The notes: generated from the sequence alone by a model not told the origin. A stretch of 64,000 nucleotides of DNA from Eledone cirrhosa (GCA_964016885.1 OZ024741.1:339140001-339204000); one strand, 5' to 3'; shown: positions 15,896 to 29,919, numbered from the stretch's first letter. Made by a program: numbers and translations.

Positions 15896-18800
15896 AACAA
15901 CAGCAGCAGCAACTATCACAAGCACCACCACCACAACAACAGCAGCAAATACCACCACCACCACAACAACAACAGCAGCAACTACCACCACCACCACAAC
16001 AGCAGCAGCAAATACCACCACCACCACAACAACAGCAGCAAATACCACCACCACCACAACAACAACAGCAGCAACTACCACAAGCACCACCACCACAACA
16101 ACAGCAGCAAATACCACCACCACCACAACAACAACAGCAGCAACTACCACCACCACCACAACAGCAGCAGCAACTACCACAAGCACCACCACAACAACAG
16201 CAGCAACTACCACAAGCACCACCACAACAACAGCAGCAACTACCACTAGCACCACCACCACAACAGCAGCAACTACCACAACCACCACCACCACAACAGC
16301 AGCAACTACCACAAGCACCACCACACCAGCAGCAACTACCACCAGGACCACCACCACAACAGCAGCAACCACCACCACCACCACAACAGCAGCAACTACC
16401 ACCACCACCACAACAACAGCAGCAACTACCACTAGCACCACCACCACAACAGCAGCAACTACCACAAGCACCACCACAACAACAGCAGCAAATACCACCA
16501 CCACCACAACAACAACAGCAGCAACTACCACCACCACCACAACAGCAGCAGCAACTACCACAAGCACCACCACAACAACAGCAGCAACTACCACAAGCAC
16601 CACCACAACAACAGCAGCAACTACCACTAGCACCACGACCACAACAGCAGCAACTACCACAAGCACCACCACCACAACAGCAGCAACTACCACAAGCACC
16701 ACCACCACAACAACAGCAGCAACTACCTCCAGCACCACCACAACAACAGCAGCAACTACCACCAGGACCACCACAACAACAGCAGCAACTACCACCAGGA
16801 CCACCACAACAACAGCAGCAACTACCACCACCACAACAGCAACAACAGCAGCAACTACCACCACCACCACCACAACAACAGCAGCAACTACCTCCAGCAC
16901 CACCACCACAACAACAGCAGCAACTACCACCAGCACCACCACCACAACAGCAGCAACTACCACCAGCACCACAACAGCAGCAACTACCACCAGCACCACC
17001 ACAACAACAGCAGCAACTACCACCAGGACCACCACAACAACAGCAGCAACTACCACCACCACCACAACAACAGCAGCAACTACCACCACCACCACAACAA
17101 CAGCAGCAACTACCACCACCACAACAGCAACAACAGCAGCAACTACCACCACCACCACCACAACAACAGCAGCAACTACCTCCAGCACCACCACCACAAC
17201 AACAGCAGCAACTACCTCCAGCACCACCACCACAACAACAGCAGCAACTACCACCAGCACCACCACCACAACAGCAACAACTACCACCAGCACCACAACA
17301 GCAGCAACTACCACCAGCACCACCACAACAACAGCAGCAACTACCACCAGGACCACCACAACAACAGCAGCAACTACCACCACCACCACAACAACAGCAG
17401 CAACTACCACCACCACCACAACAACAGCAGCAACTACCACCAGCACCACTACTACAACAGAAGCAACACCACCACAACAACAGTAACAACCACCACCATT
17501 ACTACAACAACAACAACAACAACAACAACAGTAGCAACAACAACAACAACAACAACAACAACAGTAGCAGCCAACACCACCACAACAACAACAACAGTAG
17601 CAGTCAACATCACAACAACAACAACAACAACAACAACAACAGTAGCAGCCAACACCACTACTACAACAACAACAACAACAACAACAACAGTAGCAGCCAA
17701 CATCACTGCTACAACAACAACAACAACAACAACAGTAGCAGCCAACATCACTACTACAACAACAACAACAACAACAGTAGCAGCCAACACCACCACCACC
17801 ACAACAACAACAACAACAACAGTAGCAGCCAACATCACTACTACAACAACAACGACAACAACAACAACAACAACAGTAGCAGCCAACATCACTACTACAA
17901 CAACAATAGCAGCCAACACCACCACAACAACAACAACAACAACAGTAGCAGCCAGCATCACTACTACAACAACAACAACAACAACAACAATAACAGCCAA
18001 CACCACCACCACCACAACAACAACAACAACAACAACAATAGCAGCCAACACCACCACCACAACAACAACAACAACAGTAGCAGCCAGCATCACTACTACA
18101 ACAACAACAACAATAACAGCCAACACCACCACCACCACAACAACAACAACAACAATAGCAGCCAGCATCACTACTACAACAACAACAACAACAATAACAG
18201 CCAACACCACCACCACCACAACAACAACAACAACAACAACAACAGTAGCAGCCAACACCACCACCACAACAACAACAGTAGCAGCCAACATCACAATAAC
18301 AACAACAACAGTAGCAGCCAGCATCACTACTACAACAACAACAACAGTAGCAGCCAACATCACTACAACAACAACAACAATAGCAGCCAACATCACAACA
18401 ACAACAACAACAGTAGCAGCCAGCATCACAACAACAACAACAACAACAATAGCAGCCAACATCACAACAACAACAACAGTAGCAGCCAACATCACTACTA
18501 CAACAACAACAACAACAATAGCAGCGAACATCACAACAACAACAACAACAATAGCAGCCAACATCACAACAACAACAACAACAGTAGCAGCCAGCATCAC
18601 AACAACAACAACAACAACAATAGCAGCCAACATCACAACAACAACCACAACAGTAGCAGCCAGCATCACTACTACAACAACAACAACAGTAGCAGCCAAC
18701 ATCACTACAACAACAACAACAACAATAGCAGCCAACATCACAACAACAACAACAACAGTAGCAGCCAGCATCACAACAACAACAACAACAACAATAGCAG

Positions 18801-19060
18801 CCAACATCACAACAACAACAACAACAGTAGCAGCCAGCATCACTACTACAACAACAACAACAACAATAGCAGCCAACATCACTACAACAACAACAACAAC
18901 AATAGCAGCCAACATCACAACAACAACCACAACAGTAGCAGCCAGCATCACTACTACAACAACAACAACAACAATAGCAGCCAACATCACAACAACAACC
19001 ACAACAGTAGCAGCCAGCATCACTACTACAACAACCACAACAGTAGCAGCCAGCATCACC
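15896..19060. repeat. 3.2-kb compound triplet array in two sub-arrays: (CAA/CAG/CCA) and (CAA/CAGTAGCAGCCAACATCA)
   Basis: Visible; sub-array switch near 17455. Confidence 0.95.
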
Positions 19061-19106
19061 ATTACATAAGGGAACCATTGAAATAATTATTATGAATAAA
19101 GAAATA

Positions 19107-19286
19107 ATTGTTTCTACCTTAGGCACAAGGCCAGCAATTACCTAGTGCATTACTGGTACTTTATTTTATCGACCCCGTAAGGATGAAAGGCAAAGTTAAC
19201 CACGGCGGGATTTGAACTCAGACCGTAAAGGGACGTAACTATGTTGCAAAGCATGGCGTCCGACCCTCCACAGATACTGCCAATCC
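19107..19286 (-). mobile_element. SINE family A (short form)
   Basis: Homology to other copies. Confidence 0.85.
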
Positions 19287-19528
19287 TAACTTAAAATAAT
19301 AATAACAATAATAAAGATTTAATAATGAAATAGATAAAAATCAGTGTTAATTGATTCTGTGATTGTGAAAAACTTTATTATTTCAACATTCCATTCCATG
19401 GTATTGCCAATGTTTTAACAGTTCTCTCTCTCTCTCTCTCTCTCTCCCTCCCTCTCTCTCACACACACAGACACACGCTCTCCCTCTCTGAAACGCAGTC
19501 ACTCACACACACACACAAATTGTGAGGT

Positions 19529-19586
<58 letters not shown>

Positions 19587-19675
19587 CTGTTATTTTAATA
19601 AATATATATTTATATATATATATTATCTCCTGTGATTATTCATGTTTATATATATGTTAATCAATTTCTAGTTAT

Positions 19676-19761
<86 letters not shown>

Positions 19762-19773
19762 CATATATGTATG

Positions 19774-19859
<86 letters not shown>

Positions 19860-19867
19860 CATATATG

Positions 19868-19903
<36 letters not shown>

Positions 19904-19956
19904 TACACATATATATATATATATACACACACATATATATATATATATATATACAT

Positions 19957-20114
<158 letters not shown>

Positions 20115-20809
20115 ATGTGTGTGTGTGTGTGTGTGCATGTGTCTATCTAGTAACTTCTTTGGCCTGTATCTCTTACTGTGTCAATGTATGTGTGGATATA
20201 TATATATATAGACACAGAAACACATATATACATATATATAGACACAGAGAAACATATATACATATATATATATTTATATTTCAGCACGATCTCTGTAAGG
20301 AGTCCATTCTGCCGATGTTGTTGATCTATGTTAATAAACACATACCTAATCTCTTTTCAATACACAGTTGTTATTGTTATTATTGGTGTTTTCTATTCTT
20401 TACTTTTGTTTTCTATTGTTTTTCTTATGACATTGTTATTACATTGTTACTCATGCTCATTTATTATCAACTCTGAATCTTTTGCAATATGTCTTTGATA
20501 TATATATATTCCATTGTATTTTACAGATAGCGTCTTTGTGTTTTATATGTTTATATATTCTAATACAATTCAATATGTCCATTGTTGTTCAGATATATAT
20601 TTCAGAAACAATATGTCTTATTGTTGATCTTTTTGGTTGGGGGATTAGTTTTACAAATTTGTTTATGTGTGTATGTGTGTGTGTGTATATATATATTTAT
20701 ATATATATATTTATATATATATATTTATATATATATATATATCTATATATATATATCTATATATATATATATATATATGGATGTATAATAGTAATATATG
20801 TGAATGGCA

Positions 20810-21384
20810 AAGCATAAGCGAACCGAGAGAGAAACTAGGTCTAAGAGGAATCAAATGTTGTACAAGAGAAGAGATTACATTGGTATGGACATGTGATGCA
20901 TATGAAGGATGACAGCTGCCTAAAAAGATGCAGAGCACTCAAAGTCAATGGAAGTCTTGGAGAGGAAAAATCCAGGAAGACTTGGTATGAGGTGATAAAA
21001 GCTGACCTTGCCCAATTGCACCTCTCAAAGGAGATGACACATGACCGGGATCTCTGATGTTATGCAGTAATACAGAAAACCCAACTTCCCATGGGTACAA
21101 CCCGAAGCTGAAGCATATAGATAGTATGTCCCCACCCTCTCCCACTGTAAAGCACCCAGCCCACACTGCAAAGTGATCGTGTAGGTGTCATGACAAAAAG
21201 TACCCAGTACTCACTATAAATGAGGTTGGAATTAAGAAGGGCATCCAGCTGTAGAAACCAAGCCAAAATCAGTTCTGTATAAGCAAAGCATGGTCACCTG
21301 ACCTGTCATTGCCCATAACAGAATAACTAGTCTAACCCATGCTAGCATGGAAGAATGGACGTAAAACGGTGATGATGATGATGA
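20810..21384 (+). mobile_element. RTE LINE 3' fragment with SINE-shared tail
   Basis: Degenerate REKLGLRGI..RLHWYGHV..RGKSRKTW peptide, then tail and (GAT)n. Confidence 0.7.
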
Positions 21385-21499
21385 TATATATATACATATA
21401 TACACACACATGGACAAACATACACACACACACACACACATGGACAAACACACACACATATATATATATGTGTGTGTATGTGTATAATTCTTTTGTTGT

Positions 21500-22545
21500 G
21501 ATCGATAGGTTCAATGGCATATGTAACAAGGAACACTATTTTTCCATCACCTAACCATTCCTTCTTAGAGCTATTAATTTCACCAAAATGCTCATAGAGA
21601 TTAAGGATTTCATAGTTGGTGTAATCTTAAATGCCTGAAACTCAATGATAAATTTCAACAACTCTATTTAGCTTAATAAATCAAATTGTACCCCATTTTG
21701 ACATGAGCATGGCTGCCAGCGATTCAGTGGAGGTCCCATACATTGTTAATCTATTTTTACTCTTTTCCATCAAAATGAATTCCCTAATGATGTAGGCGAG
21801 GATCTGTGCCGTGATGACTAAATGCAGGCCCCATGCTATTGATAGATTTAGAAAGGAGCTTATCACTTTTTTTAAAGGTTTCAACATTTCCATTCAAGTT
21901 GAAGCCAACCTATCTGACATGAGTTTCTTTGATGTGACACTCAATATGTCAAACGGCCTGTACTATCTGTATAGAGAGATCAATGACATGTTAAATTGCA
22001 TTAGTAAATACTCTAACCATCCAGCCAGCATAACTAAAAATCTGGTCAAAACCGTCTCATTGAGGCTTTCTTGTTTATTAGCTTATGAGCATGTCTTCAC
22101 TGATCATTCCACATAATACAGTGAAGCCCTAGCTAGGAGTGGATTTCTAGATAGAGTAGAATACACTAAATACAAGCAAAAACCTAAGAAAAATAGATCT
22201 AGATGCATTATATAGTATAACCCACCATACAATATGGAAGTGACCACACCATTAGCTAAAGTTTTTCTTACTTTAATTAGGAAACATTTCCCCTTAACGC
22301 ATAAATATCGCAAGACTTTTAATGGCAGTTAAAATATCTTATTCCACAACTCCCAACCTTGCAAACAATATCACTGCATCTAACTTAGTTAAATTACCTA
22401 GTCATAATAATATAAACAATCCTGAAGCTAATTCTAGCTGCAAGTGTATCAATAGGGACTACTACCCTCCAGCTGGGAAATGTCTATCAATATAATTTAC
22501 AAATGTAAGGTTGATACGCCCACAACTAGTAAGGCTACTAATTCG
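21500..22545 (+). mobile_element. Decayed Penelope-like element (RT, thumb, start of GIY-YIG)
   Basis: FFDVTLNMSNG..YSNHPASITKNL..RLS; YNPPYN..FLTLIRKHFP; CKC..GKCL; multiple stops and frameshifts. Confidence 0.8.
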
Positions 22546-23133
22546 GATTCCTTTTAAACCCAGTTTTTCTTTCAGTTCATCCAAGCTCTGCCTTCCTCTC
22601 ACATTTCATTGCACATCCAACAAGGCATGGTTGCTTCATTTTTTCTCCAGCTTATGCATGTCTTCTGCAGTCGCTACCCATGTTTCACTACTATGCAGCA
22701 TTGCACTTCACATATCGGTGTCATATTGCTATCCTGTGTTTATGACTGGTCATGTCCTACAGATGACTGAGGACCACATACAGTCAACTTCATAATGGTG
22801 CATGCAATGTAGGCAGACCATTACTCAAATATGAAGACAAACTGAAGTTCAATCTTAAATCTGTGAACATACCTCTTACTTCTTTTGGAGCCTTAGTTGT
22901 TGACCATGGAAAATGGAGAACTGTTTGCCATGAAGCTTTAAATAATCTTGTCTGGTCCATATGTTAGTAATCAATATAAAATATAGGGTTTCTCTTATGC
23001 AAATTTCCCAGTTTGTATGATTGTTCATATATCTGGTAACCCTGGTTTACACGACATACTAATTAAATATGTTCAGATTGGTACAGTAATACAAATATAA
23101 TTTAGTTTTCAGTGATGCAATAGTGTTAATAAT

Positions 23134-23572
23134 TGTTTCTACTTTAGGCACAAGGCCAGCAATTACCCAGTACATTACTGGTACTTTATTTTATCGACCA
23201 GTACATTACTGGTACTTTATTTTATCGACCGTGTAAGCATGAAAGGCAAAGTTAACCATGGCAGGATTTGAACTCAGACCGTAAAGGGCCGTAACTCTAT
23301 GCTGCAAAGCATGGCGTCCAACCCTCTACCAATATTGTCAATCCATCTCCAAAATAATGGTTTCTAGTATTGACACAAGGCTAGTAATTTGGGGGAGGAG
23401 AAAGTCGATTAAATCGGCCCAGTATGTTACTGGTGCTTTATTTTATCGACCTCGTAAGGATGAAAGGCAAAGTTAAACTCGGCGGGATTTGAACTCAGAT
23501 CGTAAAGGACCATAACTCTATGCTGCAAAGCATGGTGTCCAACTCTCTACCGATACTGCCAATCCACACCCT
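23134..23572 (-). mobile_element. Head-to-tail pair of SINE family A inside one 17-bp TSD
   Basis: GCAATAGTGTTAATAAT at 23117-23133 and 23574-23590. Confidence 0.85.
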
Positions 23573-23958
23573 CGCAATAGTGTTAATAATAATAATTCTT
23601 TCCCCCCACAGTCTACTTCTCTAGAAAATAGAACCAAATTTTAAATTAATACCATGTTTGCACATGCTAACTACTGCCTAAACCTAGGATGATCTTTAAA
23701 AAAAAACAGAAAAAAAACTGAGTAAAATTGTTAAAACTTGTTAACAATAATATTTAAGTGGGATATATATCATCTATATCTATATATATATTTACATATC
23801 TCTCTCTATCTCTCTCTTTGAAGAAGGACATGTTTTTTGCCTGCAGCATATTACAAAATCTGATTTTCATCTGAAGATGCCATTTCCATAACAACAACAA
23901 ATGCATATGGATTACATAAGGGAACCATTGAAATAATTATTATGAATAAACAAATAAT

Positions 23959-24142
23959 TGTTTCTACTTTAGGCACAAGGCCAGCAATTACCCAGTGCAT
24001 TACTGGTACTTTATTTTATCGACCCCGTAAGGATGAAAGGCAAAGTCAACCTCGGCGGGATTTGAACTCAGATCGTAAAGGGGCATAACTATGCTGGAAA
24101 TCATGGCGTCCGACCCTCTACCGATACTGCCAATCCACCGCC
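23959..24142 (-). mobile_element. SINE family A with 18-bp TSD
   Basis: TATGAATAAACAAATAAT at 23941-23958 and 24143-24160. Confidence 0.9.
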
Positions 24143-24196
24143 TATGAATAAACAAATAATGTAACATCACCATTTTTCATGTTATTCTTTATATAT

Positions 24197-24420
24197 CATT
24201 ATCATCATCATCTTCAATTTTACGTCCACTTTTCCCTGCTTGCAAGGGTGGGACGGGAACTGATTCTGGCTTGATTTCTACAGCTGGATGCCCTTCATTT
24301 ACAGTGAGTGCTGTGTGCTTTTTTGCCGTGGCACCTCCACGACCACTTTGCGGTGGAATGATAGGGACCCCAGTCCCTATCATCTCATTTCTACAGCTGA
24401 GTAAACTGGAGCAATGTGAA
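24197..24420 (-). mobile_element. SINE family B, 5' truncated
   Basis: Reverse complement of 25930-26175. Confidence 0.8.
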
Positions 24421-24441
24421 TATATATATATATATATATAT

Positions 24442-24663
24442 AAAGATTAACATTAACCCTTTACGATCGTAAAGCAGTGAAGTATTTTCCTAATGACTTG
24501 AATTTTTATTTCATTGTTTTAACTTATATCATGACTCTGTTTTCCTTTTGATGATTTTTTTGTTTTCCGGGATTTATTTTAACCTACAACATTATCAACA
24601 TGTGGATTACATTGAGTTCTTCATGCAGACTAGACCCCATAACTAACTGTAGATAATTCTGAG
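24442..24663 (+). mobile_element. PLE pseudo-LTR tail island starting at a hammerhead stem III remnant
   Basis: ACGATCGTAAA and GGATTACATTGAGTTCTTCAT shared with the 46972-47190 tail; TA on both sides. Confidence 0.6.
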
Positions 24664-24680
24664 TATATATATATATATAA

Positions 24681-24875
24681 ATGAAGGAAGTGTGGTAAGG
24701 AAGCAGGTGGACCATAACGCACCAGAGTACTCAATACTTAAGGTAGTAGAGTGGGTAATAGGAAAATGTTCAAGACCCCAACAGCAGAGCTCAAGCTGTT
24801 CCGAAGGCTATTTCTGGACTCAGGAATAGCCGACGAAACGGCTTGAGCTCTGCTGTCGAGGTCTTGAACATTTTC
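24681..24875 (-). mobile_element. Fold-back PLE-type tail island
   Basis: Inverted arms 24762-24875; homologous to 46212-46430. Confidence 0.7.
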
Positions 24876-24976
24876 TTTTATATATATATATATATATATA
24901 TCAGTTCCCGTCCTACCCTTGCAAGCAGGGAAAAGGGGACGTAAAAGAAAAGGGGACGTAAAATGATGATAATAAT

Positions 24977-25027
<51 letters not shown>

Positions 25028-25113
25028 GAAAAATTGAACAGGGACAGAACAGAGAGACAGTACAATAAATGTTTATTAAATTCACGCTCAGGAGAGTGGG
25101 GGGTAGGTGGGGG

Positions 25114-25145
25114 ACGACGTTTCGGGCATAAGCCCTTCTTCAGGT
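25114..25145 (-). ncRNA. Minimal hammerhead ribozyme (loopless stem III)
   Basis: AC CTGAAGA A GGGC TTAT GCCC GAAAC GTC GT. Confidence 0.8.
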
Positions 25146-25824
25146 GAGAAGTGTGTGGGAACAGAGTTCAAAAGGTGTGTAGGGGAGTGGTGGAGAGACA
25201 TATAGCGAAAGGAAATGGTGCGAATGAAAAATTAACAAATAAAGACAAAAAATATAATAAATAAAAATAAAGCATGATCAAAATACAAGGAATGAGAAAA
25301 TTTAAAAATAAAGGCATGATCAAAATAAACTGAAATTAAAAGGGGGGTAAACAGGCGGTGGAAGGGTGTGGGGTGAGTAGGGGTGGTGGCGGTGGAGTGG
25401 GGAGAGGGAGACAGGGGGGGTCGGAGTGTCTGTGCGTGTGTGGATAGGGGGGTGGGGGGAGAGGAATCAGGAGGCTGAGGGTGTAAATATGTGGTGGGAA
25501 GCATGTGTGTGTGGTTTAAGCGTGTTGTGGGTGTGGGTGGCGTGTGGATAAAAAAAAATTTGGGGGGCGGTGTGTGTGTGGGTGAGTTATATAGGTGATG
25601 GTGTAAGAGGATGGTTGAAAAATTGGTAAGTTTCACGGATGTTTGGAGATTTGGTTAGAAGTCAAGTTCGCGTGTGGGTAATCCAAGAAGTGGTGGTCGG
25701 AAGAGGAGAGATGTGGGGTGCGCGCGCAACAGGAAGTGGTCAGCAGTGGGAGTGCTGTGGTCAGTTGGTGCAGAGAGGTGGTCGGAAGGGCATAGCAGCA
25801 GTCGGCGGAATGGTATATATATAT

Positions 25825-26178
25825 GGAGGCACATGGCTTAGTCATTAGAGCATTGGCCTTGCAATCGAAAGGTTGTGAGTTCAATTCTCAGACCAGGCGG
25901 TGTGTTGTGTCCTTGAGCAAGACACTTTATTTCAGATTGCTCCAGTTTACTCAGCTGTAGAAATGAGATGATAGGGACTGGGGTCCCTATCATTCCACTG
26001 CAAAGTGGACGTGGAGGTGCCACGGCAAAAAAAAAAAAGCATCCAGCACTCACTGTAAATGAGGTTGGTGTTAGGAAGGACATCCAGCTGTAGAAATCAA
26101 GCCAGAATCAGTTCCCGTCCCACCCTTGCAAGCAGGGAAAAAGTGGACGTAAAATGAAATGATGAATGATGATGATGA
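25825..26178 (+). mobile_element. tRNA-derived SINE family B (CORE-like centre, RTE-like tail)
   Basis: TGGCTTAGTCATTAG A box, GAGTTCAATTC B box, GTGTCCTTGAGCAAGACACTT, (GAT)n tail. Confidence 0.85.
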
Positions 26179-26329
26179 GTTACAATTTACTTACAAACCA
26201 AAAATTTAAAAGTTCAAAACATTCAATTACTGACAATTGTTTCTTTCCACAGTGATATACCTCATATAGCAAATCATTTCATTTAACAATTTGCCATTAG
26301 TGAGCAATTTATTCTGATTATTCTGATTA

Positions 26330-28025
26330 TTATTATTATTATTATTCTTTGAGTTTCAGTCATTGATGTTATTTAACTGGAAAGTTTGTTGAAATGAATA
26401 TCAAGCCACTACCTGCAGCCTCAGATATTCAGGACATATCGGAGGGTTCTTGCTGTTCCCAGCAAGCATGCTTTTTGAAGTGTTCCAAAAAGCGGGGCTG
26501 GACTAATTTTCTTTAACCATCCTTGGAAACTCTTTGAGATAGTACCTAGTGCGCCTATGGCAATTGGGACGACTCTGACTTCATGGCAGTTCCAAATCCT
26601 TTTTACCTCCCACTTTAAGTCCTGGAATCGGTTAATTTTCTCCCTCTCCTTCTCTTGCACTCTCGTGTCAAATGGGCAGGCTACATCCACAATCAGGCAC
26701 GATCTTTTTTCCTTGTCCAAAACCACCAGGTCACTAATTACTTGTCCGTCTGTATCCTAAAATCCCATAGCACCTTCACCTGATCGTTTTCTATCACCAC
26801 TCTGGCTTATGCTCATACCACTTCTCAGAATGTGGTAAATTGTTTACTTTGCATAGGTGCCAGTGGATCACCCTGCCCATCACATCATGTCTCCAGCCTT
26901 TATAGTGAGTCTGGGCTAGGTGTTTACACTCGGCTACAATGTGAGCCACAGTCTCCTCTCTCTCTCCACAGATCCTACACAATGGGCTAGCCTCCTCCTT
27001 GTAAATATGGTGTTTCACCTACTCCATTTTGAGGGCTTGCTCTTGCGCAGCCATTAGCATTCCTTCTGTAGCCTTTTTAAGGTCTCCTCTTTTCAACCAG
27101 TTCCATGTCTGTGGATCTCTGAATTCAGTTTTCTCAAAGAAGGTACTATGAAGGGATTTTTCATGAAGGTTGCTCTTTCTCCTTGTTATTTCCTCCTTGG
27201 ACATCACCTTCTCTATTGTCCTCTCCTTCTGTACAATTTTGAGCATTGGCTCCCTACTGTCAGTCATGTATTTGTGTAGGTTGTTTTTCTCCATCTGAAC
27301 ACAGTCCTCTATGCTGATAAGACCTCTTCCACCTTCAGATCTCTTTAAGTAGAGTCTATCGACATCACTCCTCTTGTGGAACATGTTGCAGATAGTCAAT
27401 AGCTTCCTAGTCTTCCTATCCATTTCTTTTTTGTTCAGCAACATTCCATCTCAGAATTCCCCCACTGTACCTAATAATAGACACAGCTCGGGAATTCATT
27501 GCACTTATGACATTCCTACTATTCAGAGGATCTTAATATGTTCCTTACTCTCCGAATGTACTCAGATCTTATCAATTACTTCATTTTTTTGTTCTTGATG
27601 TCATCTGCCTCCAGAACACCTAAATATTTGAATCCTTCTTCAGTGTCAATTTCCTTTATCATCTCACCTGTTGGTACCTGGATTCTGTTGCTTCTGCTCA
27701 ATTTACCCCTCTTCATCACAAGGACTCCACACTTACTAATACCAAATTGCATACATATATCATTGCTGAAAATACGGACAGTGTCAACAAGTACATCCAA
27801 CTCCTTCTCACTCTTCCTGAAGAGTTTAAGATTGTCCATGAAGAGGAGGTGATTGATGGTAAGCTCTCCTTATCCCAACTTGTATCCTGCTCTCACTTTT
27901 CACAGTATAATGGTCAGGGGTATCAGGGCAAGGACAAACAACAGAGGGGACAAACTATCTCCCTGGAAGATACCTCTCTTGATCTTCACACCTCCCAAGG
28001 ATTCTCCACCTGATGTTAACTCTGT
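26330..28025 (-). mobile_element. R4/Dong-like non-LTR retrotransposon (RT, CCHC, restriction-like endonuclease), 5' truncated and frameshifted
   Basis: GIFQGDSLSPLLF, MDNLKLF, FKYLG, GGRGL, CRICGEREETVAHIVAEC, LIVDVACPFD..EKINRFQDL; flanked by (TTA)n on both sides. Confidence 0.9.
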
Positions 28026-28169
28026 TTTATTATTATTATTATTATTACAGTTGCATTTATCTTGCTTTATGTTCATATGAGTTATCACCAGGTCACAACC
28101 AGTGACCTCAAGAGACAACAAGGTCCACCATGTTCAAGAAAGAACATACATACACACACATGCATCTTT

Positions 28170-28928
28170 AGGTGTTTAGACTTGTGATGTACTTATATTG
28201 ACAGAATCTTCCTTAGTATATGGGCAGTTCCCATTAGTACTATCTTTTGTATTTCTCCTATACGCGGGTTTCCTGGGATTTGCGATAAGTAATCATTTGA
28301 CCCCTTAGGTATCATTCCTAGAGCGCCTACAATCACTGGTATTGTATTAGTTCTCAATTTCCACATTTTTCCAATTTCTACTCCAGGTCCTTATACTTGC
28401 TCAATTTTTCAAATGTTTTTATAGATACATTCTTGTCTATTGGAACGGACATATCAATTAGCAGGCATACCCTCTTTTTAAAGTCCTTCAGTATTATATC
28501 AGGTCTATTTGCATCTATATTTCGGTCTGTTTGGATGCTAAAGTTCCACAAGATTGAGATGTGATCTTTTTCAAGTATGGGAGGTGGTTGATGCTCCCAC
28601 CAATTCTTTTGATGGGGCAGGTCAAAATGCTTACACATTATCCAATGTATGTATTGTGCAGCCCTGTCATGCCTGTTTAGGTATTCGGTTGGAGCTATAG
28701 GACTGCACATTGAAATTATATGACCAATGGTCTCTGGTTGTTTTTTACATACACGACAAAATGGGTTGCATCTATTTTTTATTATGTTGGCTTGGTAATT
28801 TTTTGTTGGCAGACACTGATCTTGTGCTGATATAATCAGTCCTTCAGTCTCCGATTTCAGTCCAGAGGATGCCAACCACAGATGGGTTAAAGTTTTGTCA
28901 ACATCAGGATTGTTAGCTCTTTCTGGGT
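28170..28928 (-). mobile_element. Second R4/Dong-like 3' fragment
   Basis: ETEGLIISAQDQCL, CRVCKKQPETIGHIISMC, NRPDII..LIDMSVP..EKLSKYKDLE. Confidence 0.9.
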
Positions 28929-28945
28929 ATTATTATTATTATTAT

Positions 28946-29044
28946 CCGCCGAGGTTAACTTTGCCTTTCACCTTACGGGGTCGATAAAATAAAGTACCAG
29001 TAATACACTGGGTAATTGCTGGCCTTGTGCCTAACGTAGAAACA

Positions 29045-29079
<35 letters not shown>

Positions 29080-29290
29080 AGGGTGGTGGATTGGCAGTAT
29101 TGGTAGAGGGTCGGACGCCATGCTTTCCAGCATAGTTACGTCCCTTTGCGGTCTGAGTTCGAATCCCACCGAGGTTAACTTTGCCTTTCATCCTTACGGG
29201 GTCGATAAAATAAAGTACCAGTAATGCACTGGGTAATTGATGGCCTTGTGCCAAAAGTAGAAACAATTATTATTATTATTATTATTATTA
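28946..29290 (+). mobile_element. Two SINE family A copies separated by (ATT)n
   Basis: Truncated copy 28946-29045 and full copy 29080-29266. Confidence 0.85.
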
Positions 29291-29295
29291 TTATC

Positions 29296-29337
<42 letters not shown>

Positions 29338-29919
29338 TATATATATATACATATATATATATGATGGCTGCAACTCGATTTTGAGTAATACCATTACTTA
29401 ATACTTAAGCATGAACATCAGGGACATGGCTTTTTAGTCCTACTAGCCAGCAATACCATGCATCGCAAAAAATGTCACATATCAAGCGATACCTGTGCTT
29501 GAAGCTTTTTTAAGTGAGGAAAGGCTTTTCATGGGGCCAATCCCAATCCCTGAACAATGAATGCATTTGCCCCAAAAGAAGAACTGTTCTACATCATAGG
29601 ATGCAAATGAAGTCGCAGGTTTTATATCAGAGTGACCTTCTCCTAGAGAGCTGTCTTAATGAAGACTAGGAGTCTCCAAAAAAATTTTTTTAAATTAAAA
29701 AAAAACTTTATTGGATGCCCGTTGACTCCCTGAATTCCTCCACCCTTTGATGGGTTTTGTTTTTCCTTCCGCAGGGTGTCCAAATTCACCCTCCTCACCA
29801 AGCAAGCTTGGTGGGTTTGCCGGTTTGTGTGTGTATATGGCAATTAGTATCTAGCCTGCACCCATCTCATTTACACACCCGCCTCACTCCTCAATGTCTC
29901 CCCAGCTTGATCAACTACA

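Noticed and set aside
25825-25900. tRNA gene
   Set aside because: SINE head with A/B boxes; no complete cloverleaf and it continues into SINE body
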